A stretch of DNA of 64,000 bases from a virus. The translations under genes and the position numbers were made by a program. The notes under the pieces are model-generated. The model saw only the letters and a list, made by a program, of their open reading frames with translations. It searched no databases and had not been told where the DNA came from. Where the stretch lies: positions 1 to 64,000 of IMG/VR virus record IMGVR_UViG_3300049846_001316; one strand, written 5' to 3'. Positions 18,490-28,677 of this stretch are shown here, piece by piece (the stretch's first letter is position 1; every line of letters begins with the position of its first letter).

Positions 18490-20300
18490 CCTCCGTCGAC
18501 CCGGCCAAGATTGCTGCCGAGGCGAAGTGGCTCAGTGAGCATCCCGACTTCCTTGAGCGACCGGCGACCATCGAGGAGTTCCTCGGTCCCGACTACCTCA
18601 ACATCCGGGAGCGGATGCGTGAGCGCATCGTCGATGAGCTCGTCACGATCATCGGTGACGAGGTGGACGGCGAGCGCATCACCAAGTACCCGCTGGCGAT
18701 GATCACGGGCGGCATCGGCATCGGCAAGACCACTGTCGCATCGGTCGTGCTCCCGTACCTCGTGCACTGGTGCTTGTGCCTCAAGGACCCGCAGGGCTTC
18801 TTCGGGTTGCTGCCCGGTACCCGCATCGCGTTCATGCAGATGTCGACCTCCGAGGGTCAGGCCCTTGAAGTCGTGTTCGGTGACATCAAGGCTCGCATGG
18901 AGCATTCGCCGTGGTTCAAGAACCACCCCACCGACCCGAAGTTCAAGAACCAGATCCGGTTCCCGGACAAGGACATCTGGATCATCCCCGGTGACTCGGC
19001 CGAGACGACGTTCGAGGGGTACAACATCCTCGGCGGAATCCTCGACGAGGCCGACTCACACAAGGTCACCGAGAACAAGGACTACGCCGACCAGGGCTAC
19101 GACACGATCTCGAACCGCATCAGTTCCCGGTTCCAAGACCGCGGCTTCCTGCTCGTCATCGGGCAGATGAAGAGCGCCACTGGATTCGCTTCCCGCAAGT
19201 TCCGGGAGTTCAGCGGCCGGGACGACGCGCACGCCGTCCGCCTCACGATTTGGGAGGCGATGGGCAAGGACTTCTACCGGGACAAGGTGACCGGCGAATA
19301 CGAGACGTTCCACTACGACACCAAGCGGAAGCAGATCGTCCCGTCCGGCGTGGCTGGCCTACTCAGCAGCGAGAGCATCCTCGAGATCCCCAAGGTCTAC
19401 GAGAAGGAGTTCGTCAACAACCCGGAGAAGGCGCTCAAGGACCTTGCCGGCGTCCCGCCCGTCGTGGGCGATCCGTTCATCAGCCTCGTGTTCAAGATCG
19501 AAGAGGCGATCGAGCGATGGGAGAAGTCTCACGACGGACTGCCCAACCCCTGCAACGAGAAGGGCGTGTTCGAGCGGTGGTTCACCGCCCGAGACAGCGT
19601 GCCGCGGGTTGCGCACCTCGACATCGCGTACTCCGCCGAGGGCGACGCGCTCGGGCTCGCGATGGGTCACGTCAAGGGCGTGGTGGACATCGACGGCGAG
19701 ATGAAGCCGTACATCGTCATCGACTTCGTGATGAGGCTCAAGGCCCCCGCCGGCGGCGAGATCTTCCTGGCCGACGTTCGGCACAAGATCTACGCCCTCA
19801 AGAACGACATGAAGTTCAAGCTCAAGAAGGTCACCATGGACGGCTTCCAGTCCACCGACACGGAGCAGCAGCTCCGCAAGCGTCGGTACGACACGGAGTA
19901 CGTCTCGGTCGACAAGGACCTTCTGCCCTACTACGACCTGAGAGAGGCGATCTACGAGGATCGCATCGAGATCCCTCCCCTGTGGGTTAGTCTCCGGCCA
20001 GGTGAATCGGAGAAGGTCAACATCCCGGCCAAGGAACTCTCCGAGCTCGTGGACAACGGAAAGAAGATCGACCACCCTGAGGGAGGGTCAAAAGACGTAG
20101 CAGACTGCCTCGCTGGCATCACGTTCACGCTCATGGGTGACCGGTCCTATCGCCGCAAGGTGACACGCCTGGATGCCTACCGTCAGCAAGAGCGCGTGGC
20201 AGCGGCAGTCGGTGGAATCCAACACCCAGCACTCCGTGGCCCCGGAACCATGTCTGCTCCCGTGCCGCCGAGTCTGATCGACTGGAGAAACCAGAGTTGA
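18486..20300 (+). CDS. terL: Terminase large subunit
   Basis: Walker A GGIGIGKT, Walker B GILDEAD, nuclease HLDIA, DGFQS, KDVADC. Confidence 0.93.
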   Translation: MTSVDPAKIAAEAKWLSEHPDFLERPATIEEFLGPDYLNIRERMRERIVDELVTIIGDEVDGERITKYPLAMITGGIGIGKTTVASVVLPYLVHWCLCLKDPQGFFGLLPGTRIAFMQMSTSEGQALEVVFGDIKARMEHSPWFKNHPTDPKFKNQIRFPDKDIWIIPGDSAETTFEGYNILGGILDEADSHKVTENKDYADQGYDTISNRISSRFQDRGFLLVIGQMKSATGFASRKFREFSGRDDAHAVRLTIWEAMGKDFYRDKVTGEYETFHYDTKRKQIVPSGVAGLLSSESILEIPKVYEKEFVNNPEKALKDLAGVPPVVGDPFISLVFKIEEAIERWEKSHDGLPNPCNEKGVFERWFTARDSVPRVAHLDIAYSAEGDALGLAMGHVKGVVDIDGEMKPYIVIDFVMRLKAPAGGEIFLADVRHKIYALKNDMKFKLKKVTMDGFQSTDTEQQLRKRRYDTEYVSVDKDLLPYYDLREAIYEDRIEIPPLWVSLRPGESEKVNIPAKELSELVDNGKKIDHPEGGSKDVADCLAGITFTLMGDRSYRRKVTRLDAYRQQERVAAAVGGIQHPALRGPGTMSAPVPPSLIDWRNQS

Positions 20301-22114
20301 ACGACGGCCTCGTCATCGCGGACCGATACGGCAGGGAACAGAGCAACTTCAAGCGAGGGAAGCAGCCCAAGCTCGGACCGGCGCACGGCTACTGGTCGGG
20401 CGAGCGGGTCCAGAGTGACATCAAGGCCCCGTTCGGGGGACTCGGAGCGATGCTCCAGTTCAACCTCGACAGCCTCACGCTCTCGGACTACCGGCAGATG
20501 CGTGACCACTATCAGGTCAACGCCTCCATGACTCTGCTTACCTTCATGCTGCACCAGATGGACTGGTCGCTGGAGTGTGACAACAAGAAGATCAAGGAGG
20601 AGATGGAGGAGATGATGCGGGGCTTCTGGACCCGCATGATCCGAGCCCTCTCGCAGGCGTTCTGGGCAGGCTTCTCCCCGATGGTGCTCGAGTTCGACAA
20701 CCACGAGCGCCTCGACAACCGCGTCACGATCTCGAAGTTCAAGGACCTCGTGCCCGAGCGCACGCGGGTCAACTGGAAGGAAGTCAAGGGCGCGCGCCCG
20801 CCGGGGGCCACGGGCATCAAGAACAAGTTCTACGTCTACGACGGGATCAAGCAGGACGGCCGGTGGGAGGTTCCGGTCGAGTACACGTTCTGGTACCCGC
20901 TCCTGATGGAGAACGGGAACTACTACGGCAAGAAGCTCCTGCGCCCGGCGTTCCCGTCCTGGTTCTTCAGCCAGCTCATGCACCTGTTCTCCAACCGCTA
21001 CTTCGAGCGGTTCGGTGAGCCGGTCCCGATCGGTCGTGCGCCGTTCGAGGACGAGATCGAACTGGGCGATGGCACCACCATCGACGGCCGCACGGCGATG
21101 GAGAACATCCTGACCCAACTGCGGAACCGCTCCGTGGTGGTCCTTCCCGACAACGCCAGTGGACCGGTTGGTCCGAGCGGGCGACGGGACTTCGACTACC
21201 AGATCGAGTACCTCGAATCGCAGATGCGCGGTGCGGACTTCGACCGCTACATCGAGCGCCTCGACGAGGAGATCTCCCTCGCGCTCATGACCCCGGTGAT
21301 GCTCATGCGCACCACGAGTGGCGGCGGGGGCTACAACCAAGGCGTCCAGCACCTCCAGACCTACCTGTGGCTGCTGAACGCGTTGCAGGGCGACATCAAG
21401 GAGTACGTCGACCGCTACGTGCTCCGGCGCCTCAAGGACATCAACTACGGCCCCAAGGCCGCACCGGTCACCCTCAAGCCGCGTGCCATGGGCCGGGAGA
21501 ACGTCGAGACGGTCCGGGCAATCGTGCAGGAGCTCGTGCGCGGCGGCGCGGTCAAGCCCGATGTCTTCGAACTCGGGCAGGCGGTCGGCCTCAAGCTCGA
21601 GGAGCTCGGAGAGTTGCAGATCGTCGACCCGGTGAAGCTCGCGGAGATCGACGCCAAGAACCAGCAGGCGATGGCGGAGCAGAAGGCCAAGGAGGCTGCC
21701 GCGGCTGCTGCCGCCAACCCCAACGGTCCGGCCGACTCGCGGGTCGGTGGTCCGCCTCGGGACAAGCCCAAGCGGTCCGGCCCCCGTGGAGTGAACCAGC
21801 CCCGGCAGACCACCCGGAACATCGCCGCCCGCATCGCCCCACAGGTGACCAAGGCGTTCTCCTCCGATCGTTCGTGGGAGGACTCGCACCTGAGCCTCGG
21901 GTACCAGAAGGCCATGGTCGACGCGTACGTGGCCGAAGGCGCCGACCCGGACCGGGCTCGGGAGCTGGTCACCGGCATGTACGAGTCCGTCAACAAGTGG
22001 TGGGACGACGTGCGGTCGGTGCCCCGCCAGGAGTTCGAGGGGCCGGAGCAACTGGTGGAGATGGTGACCAACGTCCTCGACGGCAACATCGACGCCCATG
22101 TCGAGCCCAGCTGA
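20297..22114 (+). CDS. Portal protein (DUF935/Mu gp29-like)
   Basis: Follows TerL; NYYGKKLLRPAF..WFF, YFERFGEPVPIG, FDRYIERLDEEISLAL. Confidence 0.88.
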   Translation: MNDGLVIADRYGREQSNFKRGKQPKLGPAHGYWSGERVQSDIKAPFGGLGAMLQFNLDSLTLSDYRQMRDHYQVNASMTLLTFMLHQMDWSLECDNKKIKEEMEEMMRGFWTRMIRALSQAFWAGFSPMVLEFDNHERLDNRVTISKFKDLVPERTRVNWKEVKGARPPGATGIKNKFYVYDGIKQDGRWEVPVEYTFWYPLLMENGNYYGKKLLRPAFPSWFFSQLMHLFSNRYFERFGEPVPIGRAPFEDEIELGDGTTIDGRTAMENILTQLRNRSVVVLPDNASGPVGPSGRRDFDYQIEYLESQMRGADFDRYIERLDEEISLALMTPVMLMRTTSGGGGYNQGVQHLQTYLWLLNALQGDIKEYVDRYVLRRLKDINYGPKAAPVTLKPRAMGRENVETVRAIVQELVRGGAVKPDVFELGQAVGLKLEELGELQIVDPVKLAEIDAKNQQAMAEQKAKEAAAAAAANPNGPADSRVGGPPRDKPKRSGPRGVNQPRQTTRNIAARIAPQVTKAFSSDRSWEDSHLSLGYQKAMVDAYVAEGADPDRARELVTGMYESVNKWWDDVRSVPRQEFEGPEQLVEMVTNVLDGNIDAHVEPS

Positions 22115-22358
22115 GATCCGCTGCTTCTGTTCGAGCAAGCCCTTGCTCGCGAAGACCGGCCGCGACTCGCGCGGCCGGACGTTCCTGCACGTCAAGGTCT
22201 TCAAGCAGCGCCGGCTCTACACCGAGATCATGGCGCTGTCGGGGGTCGTTCGGATCTGCTGCCGGGAGTGCTTCCGGTGGCACGAAGTGGTGATTCGGGA
22301 CCCCCTCGAACGACGAGAAGTGCCCCAACCACAGGAGTTGGAGCACTCCCAAGCCTGA
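22098..22358 (+). CDS. Small zinc-ribbon protein (Mu Com-like)
   Basis: EIRCFCSSKPLLAK...GVVRICCREC. Confidence 0.55.
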   Translation: MSSPAEIRCFCSSKPLLAKTGRDSRGRTFLHVKVFKQRRLYTEIMALSGVVRICCRECFRWHEVVIRDPLERREVPQPQELEHSQA

Positions 22359-22364
22359 GGGTGC

Positions 22365-22394
22365 TTGCATCGGACCGACTTGGGTGTCTAACTT
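22365..22394 (+). promoter_or_regulatory. Putative promoter for a near-leaderless head-gene transcript
   Basis: TTGCAT-18 bp-TAACTT, ATG 8 nt downstream, no SD sequence. Confidence 0.45.
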
Positions 22395-22402
22395 GTCGCC
22401 CG

Positions 22403-23473
22403 ATGGGCAAGACGACTGCGCAGCCGCAGATCCGCTACTTCGGCAAGGCTCCCGATGAACTCGACATCGAGCGCCGTCCGGACGGCACTGCCCTCGTGCG
22501 GGGATTCCGCATCTTCAAGGTCGGCTCCTTCGCGGACTCCAAGGGTCGTCGTTCGACCTGGACCGCGGCGCACCTGGCCGAGATGGTGTACAACTTCCGC
22601 CAGCTTCGTTCCTCGGGCATCTTCCCGGACGTTCCCGTCCGCGTCGATCACTCCGAGAGTGCGGACAAGGTGGTCGGCTACTTCGCGGACATGCGTGCGG
22701 ACGATCAGTTCCTCTACGCGGACCTCGAGATCACCGAGCCCGACGCCGCCGACAAGATCGAGCGCAAGACCTACCGAGGCCGCTCCGCCGAGATCGGCCT
22801 CTACGAGTCAAACGACGAGGAACTGTTCTGGCCCGTCACTCGGGGAGTCGCATTCGTCGACTTGCCCGCGGTGGAGGGCCTATACTCCAAGAACCGGGGC
22901 GAGATCCCGGACGTGATCGACGAGGAGATCCAAGTGCACACCTTCACCATCAACGGCCAGAAGACCGACGACCCGGCTGTGGTCGAGGCGTACATCGCCA
23001 CGGTCGAGGCCAAGCTCGCCGCTGCGCCCACCGAGACGGCGACGTTCCGGGTGAACGGTGCCGACGAGAGCGACTTCGCGAAGGTGCAGACGCACATCGC
23101 GGCTCTCGAGGCGGCTCGTGACGAGGCCGGCAAGCTGGCCCGCGCCGACTTCGTGAAGCAGATGATCGACACGAAGAAGATCCCCGCCTCCGCCAAGGAC
23201 GCGACGGAGAAGCTCGTCGACTCGCTGTCGGACGAGCAGTTCGCGGCCTACCGCGAGGCGACCGAGGCGATGCCGCAGCACAACCTCTTCGCCATCCACG
23301 GCGCCGACCACCGGGGCGACGACAACCCGGACGGCTCCAACGACACGATCGAGCAGATCGACGTCGACCGTGGAGTCGTCGCCAACCACCGTCGCGCCGG
23401 GCTGTCCGACGAGAAGGTCAAGGAGACGCCCGCCTACAAGCGCCTCGCCGCCGCGGGCGAAGCGCCGTTCTAG
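22403..23473 (+). CDS. Capsid maturation protease/scaffold (Mu gpI-like)
   Basis: VPVRVDH, VVGYF, YRGRSAEI, GVAFVDLPAVEGL; Ala-rich scaffold C-terminus; between portal and capsid genes. Confidence 0.8.
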   Translation: MGKTTAQPQIRYFGKAPDELDIERRPDGTALVRGFRIFKVGSFADSKGRRSTWTAAHLAEMVYNFRQLRSSGIFPDVPVRVDHSESADKVVGYFADMRADDQFLYADLEITEPDAADKIERKTYRGRSAEIGLYESNDEELFWPVTRGVAFVDLPAVEGLYSKNRGEIPDVIDEEIQVHTFTINGQKTDDPAVVEAYIATVEAKLAAAPTETATFRVNGADESDFAKVQTHIAALEAARDEAGKLARADFVKQMIDTKKIPASAKDATEKLVDSLSDEQFAAYREATEAMPQHNLFAIHGADHRGDDNPDGSNDTIEQIDVDRGVVANHRRAGLSDEKVKETPAYKRLAAAGEAPF

Positions 23474-23520
23474 AAGCCCGAACGAGTCCCAACCGGACCT
23501 GATCCCCAGGAGCACAGAAG

Positions 23521-23994
23521 ATGCCCACCCAGTCCCTCGGTCCGAACTACCGGACCCCGTTCGGCAAGAACGTCTACCTCCGCTCGACCGACCCGAAGCC
23601 GCGCACGGAGTCGTACACCTGCGCGAAGTCCACGGTCCCGACCGTCACCATCGACGGCCACACGGACCAGAAGGTGCTCCAGCCCGGCACCGTGATGGCG
23701 AAGATCACGTCGGGCACGGACTCCGGCAAGGTCGGTCCGTACGACGACGCTGCGACGGACGGTCGCCAGACCGAGACGAACATCGTCGGCATCAACGACA
23801 CGTTCCTCCCGTGGCAGCTCATGGAGCGGGACGTGGAGATCGCGGTCGTGTACGACGCGGCCGTCATCACCGACCGCTGCTACGAGCTCGCGAGCGGGGC
23901 GTTCACCGCCCTCACCACGGCTGCGGCGAAGTCGGCGCTCAAGAGCAACCCCGGCCTCAACATCACCCTGCACACCGCCTCGACCGAGGTCTGA
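23521..23994 (+). CDS. Head decoration protein
   Basis: VLQPGTVMAKITSG...KVGPYDDAATDGRQT..VGI pattern; directly before the major capsid gene. Confidence 0.75.
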   Translation: MPTQSLGPNYRTPFGKNVYLRSTDPKPRTESYTCAKSTVPTVTIDGHTDQKVLQPGTVMAKITSGTDSGKVGPYDDAATDGRQTETNIVGINDTFLPWQLMERDVEIAVVYDAAVITDRCYELASGAFTALTTAAAKSALKSNPGLNITLHTASTEV

Positions 23995-24037
23995 GCGGTT
24001 CCGTAACGGCTAGACCCACGAGGAGAAAGAGACTCAG

Positions 24038-25135
24038 ATGACCGCTCTGTCGCAGGACCGCCTGGTCCGCAAGGAAGTGGCCCTCGGCACGATCCGGGAG
24101 TTCGAGCTTCCGCAGAGCCACATCGGCCTGCGCGAGTTCGCGCCCTTCATGGACGTGCAGTCGGACGACGTGATCTTCGAGTACATGCTCGGGCTCACGG
24201 ACGGTCTGGCGCCCGCTCGGGCGGAGGACGCCGAGGCCGAGATGGCCCGCAAGGACGAGACGATGGGTGAGGGTCGCGCCTCGATCATCGACTGGTCCGT
24301 CAAGGACCACTACACGACCTCGGACGTGACCCGGTATCGGGAGTCGATCTACCTCAACGGGCAGCTCGGCAACTCGCTCCCGCTGTCGGTCACGAGCATC
24401 AAGGACGGGTTCGAGCAGGTGCTCGCTCGCGACACCCTCCTGCGGCGCCGCAAGCTCGACAACCGGCTCGAGTGGCTCATCCAGCAGGCGCTCTGGACCG
24501 GCGCGGTGTCGTACAACGACGGGAAGATCAAGTTCTCCGTCGACTACGGCCGGCCCTCGGCCCAGCAGAACGCGTCGGTGACGACTCCGTTCGACGACAC
24601 GGGCAGCGACCCGATCCAGGAGATGCTCGACGTACAGGAGTACATGTACGACGAGAAGTCCGTCACCATCACGCGGGCCGTCTGCTCCCGCAAGGTGTTC
24701 CGGAACCTGATGAAGTCGAGCAAGTTCGCCAACGACCTCATCGGCTCCAACCCGCTCTACACCGTGGGCGGTTGGGGACCGGAGAAGGCGGCGATGATCG
24801 TCTCCGAGGTCACCGGCATCCAGTTCGAGATCTACGACTCGGTGTACCGCACGCGGGCGCTCGGGTCGGAGACGGTCACGAACACCCGGTTCTCGCCGGA
24901 GGACAAGATCCTGTTCCTGCCGTCGCAGTCGGACATCGACGCCATCGACGACATGATCGGGTTCGGCAAGACCCTGACCTCGCCGCACGTCGCCGGTGGC
25001 TGGACCCCCGGCTACTACGAGTGGGAGAAGGACCTCGGCCAGGACCCGTGGGGCTACGACGTCGGCAACGGCATCAAGGCGTTCCCGATCTTCCCGCACC
25101 TCGACCTCACGTACGTCCTCAAGGTGCTCGCCTAG
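24038..25135 (+). CDS. Major capsid protein (lambda E-like)
   Basis: 365 aa; NRLEWLIQQALWTGAVSY, VDYGRP, DPIQEM; AGGAG RBS; followed by a hairpin. Confidence 0.88.
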   Translation: MTALSQDRLVRKEVALGTIREFELPQSHIGLREFAPFMDVQSDDVIFEYMLGLTDGLAPARAEDAEAEMARKDETMGEGRASIIDWSVKDHYTTSDVTRYRESIYLNGQLGNSLPLSVTSIKDGFEQVLARDTLLRRRKLDNRLEWLIQQALWTGAVSYNDGKIKFSVDYGRPSAQQNASVTTPFDDTGSDPIQEMLDVQEYMYDEKSVTITRAVCSRKVFRNLMKSSKFANDLIGSNPLYTVGGWGPEKAAMIVSEVTGIQFEIYDSVYRTRALGSETVTNTRFSPEDKILFLPSQSDIDAIDDMIGFGKTLTSPHVAGGWTPGYYEWEKDLGQDPWGYDVGNGIKAFPIFPHLDLTYVLKVLA

Positions 25136-25157
25136 GCCGCGAGCAACGACCCGTGGA

Positions 25158-25191
25158 AGAGGGGCGGTGGGCGTGCGCCTGCCGCCCCTCT
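25158..25191 (+). terminator. Hairpin after the major capsid gene
   Basis: AGAGGGGCGG...CCGCCCCTCT. Confidence 0.6.
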
Positions 25192-25206
25192 GCGCGCTAG
25201 GAGTGG

Positions 25207-25686
25207 ATGATGTCGGTGACGGTGTACTCGGAGGTCGAGGATCTGATGATCGCTGACCTCATGGTGCCCGATCCCGACATCAAGTTCCGCTACCTGATCA
25301 GCGCCGCACGGGAGATCAACGCCGTGGTTGGCGCCACCTACGTGGTGCCCCTCAACCTCGACGAGCTCGAGCCCAACTCGCTCGCGCTGATTCAGCTCCT
25401 CAGTACGAAGATCGCCTCGGCCCGACTCCTCATGTCGCTGGCCATCCCCGGCGAGGACAACCGGCCCAACGCGTACGCCCGGTACCTGCTCCGCGAAGCC
25501 CAGGACCAACTCGAGCTGATCCAACTGAAGAAGATCCCGTTGGAGGGCGCGACCCTCCGGGACGACAAGATCACGTACACCGGCCCCGGCGTGATCAACC
25601 GCGACGAGGAGTCCCCGCTTGAGGCGTTCGAGAACGCCTTCATGCGTGGCGGCACCCCGTGGACGTGGGCACCGGGGCCGCTCTGA
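25207..25686 (+). CDS. Head-tail adaptor (Mu gp36-like)
   Basis: Synteny; AAREINAVVGATYVVPL pattern. Confidence 0.7.
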   Translation: MMSVTVYSEVEDLMIADLMVPDPDIKFRYLISAAREINAVVGATYVVPLNLDELEPNSLALIQLLSTKIASARLLMSLAIPGEDNRPNAYARYLLREAQDQLELIQLKKIPLEGATLRDDKITYTGPGVINRDEESPLEAFENAFMRGGTPWTWAPGPL

Positions 25687-26210
25687 TGGTCAGCGTCGAG
25701 ATCAACGTCACGGGTTGGGAGCAGACGGAGGCATCACTCGAACGGGTGATGCTCGCCCTGAGTCCTCCGAGCCTCGCCGGGATGCTTGCCGGCCCGGTGG
25801 CCGAGTGGCACAACAAGAAGGTCGAGCAGCGGTTCGCTTCCGAGTCGGACCCCGCCGGGCGCGGCTGGACCCCACTGGCCTGGAACACCCAGGAGTACCG
25901 CGAGAAGTCGGGTTACGGTCGGGAGCACCCCATCCTGATCAACACCGGATCGCTCTTCAACTGGCTCTCGTCCGGTGGCGATGTCGACACGCTCGGCGGA
26001 AGCGGCGCGCAGATCTCCTGGCCTCGCAACGGTGCGAGCGCCGAGGACATCGTGAAGTACGTGACGAACCAGCGGGGGACCAAGAGCAACAACTTCGGAT
26101 GGCCAGTGCCAGCCCGCCCGATGCTCGGGTTCGTTCCCGGCGACGTGCTTGAGGTCGCCGCACTCGTCCTCGAATGGTTCGAGTTCCAGTCAGGGCTGAT
26201 CAATGGCTGA
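25686..26210 (+). CDS. Virion morphogenesis / tail completion protein (Mu gpG-like)
   Basis: RFASESDPAGRGWTPL, ILINTGSL, VPARPMLG. Confidence 0.78.
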   Translation: MVSVEINVTGWEQTEASLERVMLALSPPSLAGMLAGPVAEWHNKKVEQRFASESDPAGRGWTPLAWNTQEYREKSGYGREHPILINTGSLFNWLSSGGDVDTLGGSGAQISWPRNGASAEDIVKYVTNQRGTKSNNFGWPVPARPMLGFVPGDVLEVAALVLEWFEFQSGLING

Positions 26211-26691
26211 CAGCTTCTTCCCCGCGAACGTGTGCGACCTCATCGTGGCCCAAGTCCCGACTTGGACCGCCTACCCTCTGGCCGACACCGGGTCACTCGC
26301 TGACCGGGTGATCGACCGCCCACTCCAGCCCAACGATGCGGACGGCGCCGTGGGCGTCTACGCCGGCGAGTGGACCCCCTCCGAGTACGAAATCGGAGGG
26401 TCCGAGCCCACCATGCAGCGGTACACGCTGCTCGTGGAGAACATGACGAAGGGGGCGAACACCCCGGAAGTTCGGGCAGTTCATTCCCGGAGGGCCAAGA
26501 TCCTTCGGGCAATGCTGTACCGCGACGGAGATCTTCGTGTAGCTTTGGGCGAACTTGCAGAGGAGCTCGGTGGGGTCACCGAACGATTCGGCAGGTTCGG
26601 CGTGACAAGGCAACGGTTCTTCACGAGGGAAGTGTCGGGCACGTTCCTTCACCTAGCCCAGGCGGAAGTCTGGGTCGAAACCAACTCATAG
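26203..26691 (+). CDS. Tail terminator-like protein
   Basis: Position directly before the tail tube gene; 162 aa. Confidence 0.55.
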   Translation: MADSFFPANVCDLIVAQVPTWTAYPLADTGSLADRVIDRPLQPNDADGAVGVYAGEWTPSEYEIGGSEPTMQRYTLLVENMTKGANTPEVRAVHSRRAKILRAMLYRDGDLRVALGELAEELGGVTERFGRFGVTRQRFFTREVSGTFLHLAQAEVWVETNS

Positions 26692-26703
26692 GAGCAGCGC
26701 AAG

Positions 26704-27714
26704 ATGGGATTCCAGAGTCAGGCCGGTCACGTCGGCATGAAGACCCAGGCCGCGAAGGGCACGTTCGAGGACGTGATCAACGGCCTGTTCTTCCGCACGA
26801 AGTCCGGCGCCATGGGTGGCTCCCGCGAGCTGCTCATCCCCGACCCGGAGATCGGCGGCGGTCGTGACGTGCCGGACGCGTACCTCGGTCCGATCGCCTT
26901 CAAGGGGTCGTACGACTTCTACGCCCGCATGGAGATGCTGTCGCTGCTCCTGTGGGGCGCCCTCGGCGTCAAGCAGGCGGCGACCTCGGGCGGGGTCACC
27001 ACCCACACGATCACTCCGACCGACACGAGCCTCCCGTGGTTCTCGGTCGAGGAGCGCATCGGTGACGGCTACGAGGCGTTCAAGTACACCGACACGAAGG
27101 TGTCGAGCTTCCACCTGGAGGCGGAGGCCAACGGCTACCTGATGGGCACGGTCGAGCTCATCGCTCTCCAGCAGGAGTCGGTGGGCGCGAGCTTCACGCA
27201 GCTCGGTGACCGCGAGTACGACACGACCCCGATGGTCGTCGGCTCGAACATCATCGTCGAGTTCGGCGGCGTGGCGCTGCCGGCGAAGTCGTTCAGTCTC
27301 GACATCAACAACAACCTCGAGGACGACGACTTCCGCCTCGGCTCCTTCTTCCTGGGCGACCTCGTGGAGAAGCGCCGGGAGTTCACGCTCGGCGTGACCA
27401 TCCGTCCGGAGGACGGCGACCTGTGGCGGCTCGCCACCTACGGTGACGCCAACGCCACCACGGCGCAGGGCACGATCGTCAAGGACGACGTGCACATCCT
27501 CTGCCAGACGTACGAGACGATCCCCGGTTCGTCTCCGGCCACCCTGTACGAACTGGACATCGCCGTCCCGACCGCTGCGATCGCGCCGTTCGAGGTCAAC
27601 CCCTCGGGAGACGACGTGCTCCAGCACGACCTCGAGATCCGGTGCCTGCGTCCGGACCCGGCCATCGACATCGTGGAGTTCGCGGTCAAGAACGCCCTCA
27701 CCGCGATCCCGTAG
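26704..27714 (+). CDS. Major tail (tube) protein
   Basis: 336 aa acidic beta-rich; LPWFSVEERIG, FSLDINNNL; followed by a hairpin and the chaperone gene. Confidence 0.85.
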   Translation: MGFQSQAGHVGMKTQAAKGTFEDVINGLFFRTKSGAMGGSRELLIPDPEIGGGRDVPDAYLGPIAFKGSYDFYARMEMLSLLLWGALGVKQAATSGGVTTHTITPTDTSLPWFSVEERIGDGYEAFKYTDTKVSSFHLEAEANGYLMGTVELIALQQESVGASFTQLGDREYDTTPMVVGSNIIVEFGGVALPAKSFSLDINNNLEDDDFRLGSFFLGDLVEKRREFTLGVTIRPEDGDLWRLATYGDANATTAQGTIVKDDVHILCQTYETIPGSSPATLYELDIAVPTAAIAPFEVNPSGDDVLQHDLEIRCLRPDPAIDIVEFAVKNALTAIP

Positions 27715-27722
27715 ATCAGCCC

Positions 27723-27764
27723 CTCGGGCGGCGGCGGCAACCCTGTCGGCTGCCGCCGCCCGAG
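27723..27764 (+). terminator. Hairpin after the tail tube gene
   Basis: CTCGGGCGGCGGCGGC...GCTGCCGCCGCCCGAG. Confidence 0.6.
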
Positions 27765-27814
27765 CGTTCGTTCCACCCTGAAAAGTCAACCCAAGAGCAC
27801 AGGAGGCTCACCAA

Positions 27815-28390
27815 ATGACAAGCACCGAAATCGAAGGCACCCCCGTCACCTCGGTTCCCGAGGGCGTCCCGCAGCCGGGAGTCATCCCCGGCCACACGGT
27901 CGACAACACCCCGCAGCCGGTCCAGGCCGACTACTTCGGCGTGGACGTCACCGAGAAGCACATGCTCCCGGACGGCATCTCGTACCTGCTGCTCCAGAAG
28001 CTCGACGAGGGCGCGCGCCGGCTCTACCTGAACAAGACCAACTCCGACGTCCTGCTCGAGCGCGCCAGCGGCAACGCCCGCATCAAGTCCGAGCGCGGTG
28101 AGGAGCGGCGCATCCTCTTCGAGGCCGCGATCGTCGGATGGAACCTCGCCCGCGAGGGTCGCCCGGTGCCGTTCTCGAACAACGGCCGGGGCTCGGAGCT
28201 GGGCAAGTTCCTCGATCACGCCGACCCGACCCTCATGGACGACGTGGAGAAGCACATTCGGCTCATGAACCCGTGGCTGCTCACGGACATGACCGTCGAG
28301 GCGATCGACAAGGAGATCGCGAGTCTCGAGGAGATGCGCGCCAAGCTCGTGGAGCAGGAGGAGGGAAACGGCTCTTCCGGCGACAAGTAA
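27815..28390 (+). CDS. Tail assembly chaperone (gpG analogue)
   Basis: Between tail tube and tape measure genes; AIVGWNL; slippery G-GGA-AAC near the 3' end. Confidence 0.85.
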   Translation: MTSTEIEGTPVTSVPEGVPQPGVIPGHTVDNTPQPVQADYFGVDVTEKHMLPDGISYLLLQKLDEGARRLYLNKTNSDVLLERASGNARIKSERGEERRILFEAAIVGWNLAREGRPVPFSNNGRGSELGKFLDHADPTLMDDVEKHIRLMNPWLLTDMTVEAIDKEIASLEEMRAKLVEQEEGNGSSGDK

Positions 28391-28662
28391 TCCAGTGGGT
28401 TCACGGGCAGGAGCCGGAGGGACCCATCACCGAGTCCCTCCGGCTCTTCGCCCTGTGCTCCAACATGAAGTGGCAACACCTGCCGTTGCCGGGCGGCTTG
28501 TACGATCAGGACCCTCAACTGCTTGAGAACTTTTCCTTCATCTTCGGCGAGATCGCCAAGAAGACGGCGGAGGAGGACGAAAAGCGGGAACGTGAAATGA
28601 AGAAGCAGCAGATGGCCTCGGGGAACACGACCCGGACCGGACGCAGATACTCAAGGACGTAG
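28363..28662 (+). CDS. -1 frameshift extension of the tail assembly chaperone (gpGT analogue)
   Basis: GGGAAAC at 28363-28369 in X-XXY-YYZ register; -1 frame open to 28662 with LPLPGGLYDQDP. Confidence 0.8.
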   Translation, partial: GKRLFRRQVIQWVHGQEPEGPITESLRLFALCSNMKWQHLPLPGGLYDQDPQLLENFSFIFGEIAKKTAEEDEKREREMKKQQMASGNTTRTGRRYSRT

Positions 28663-28677
28663 AGGGGGTCGAGGCGC

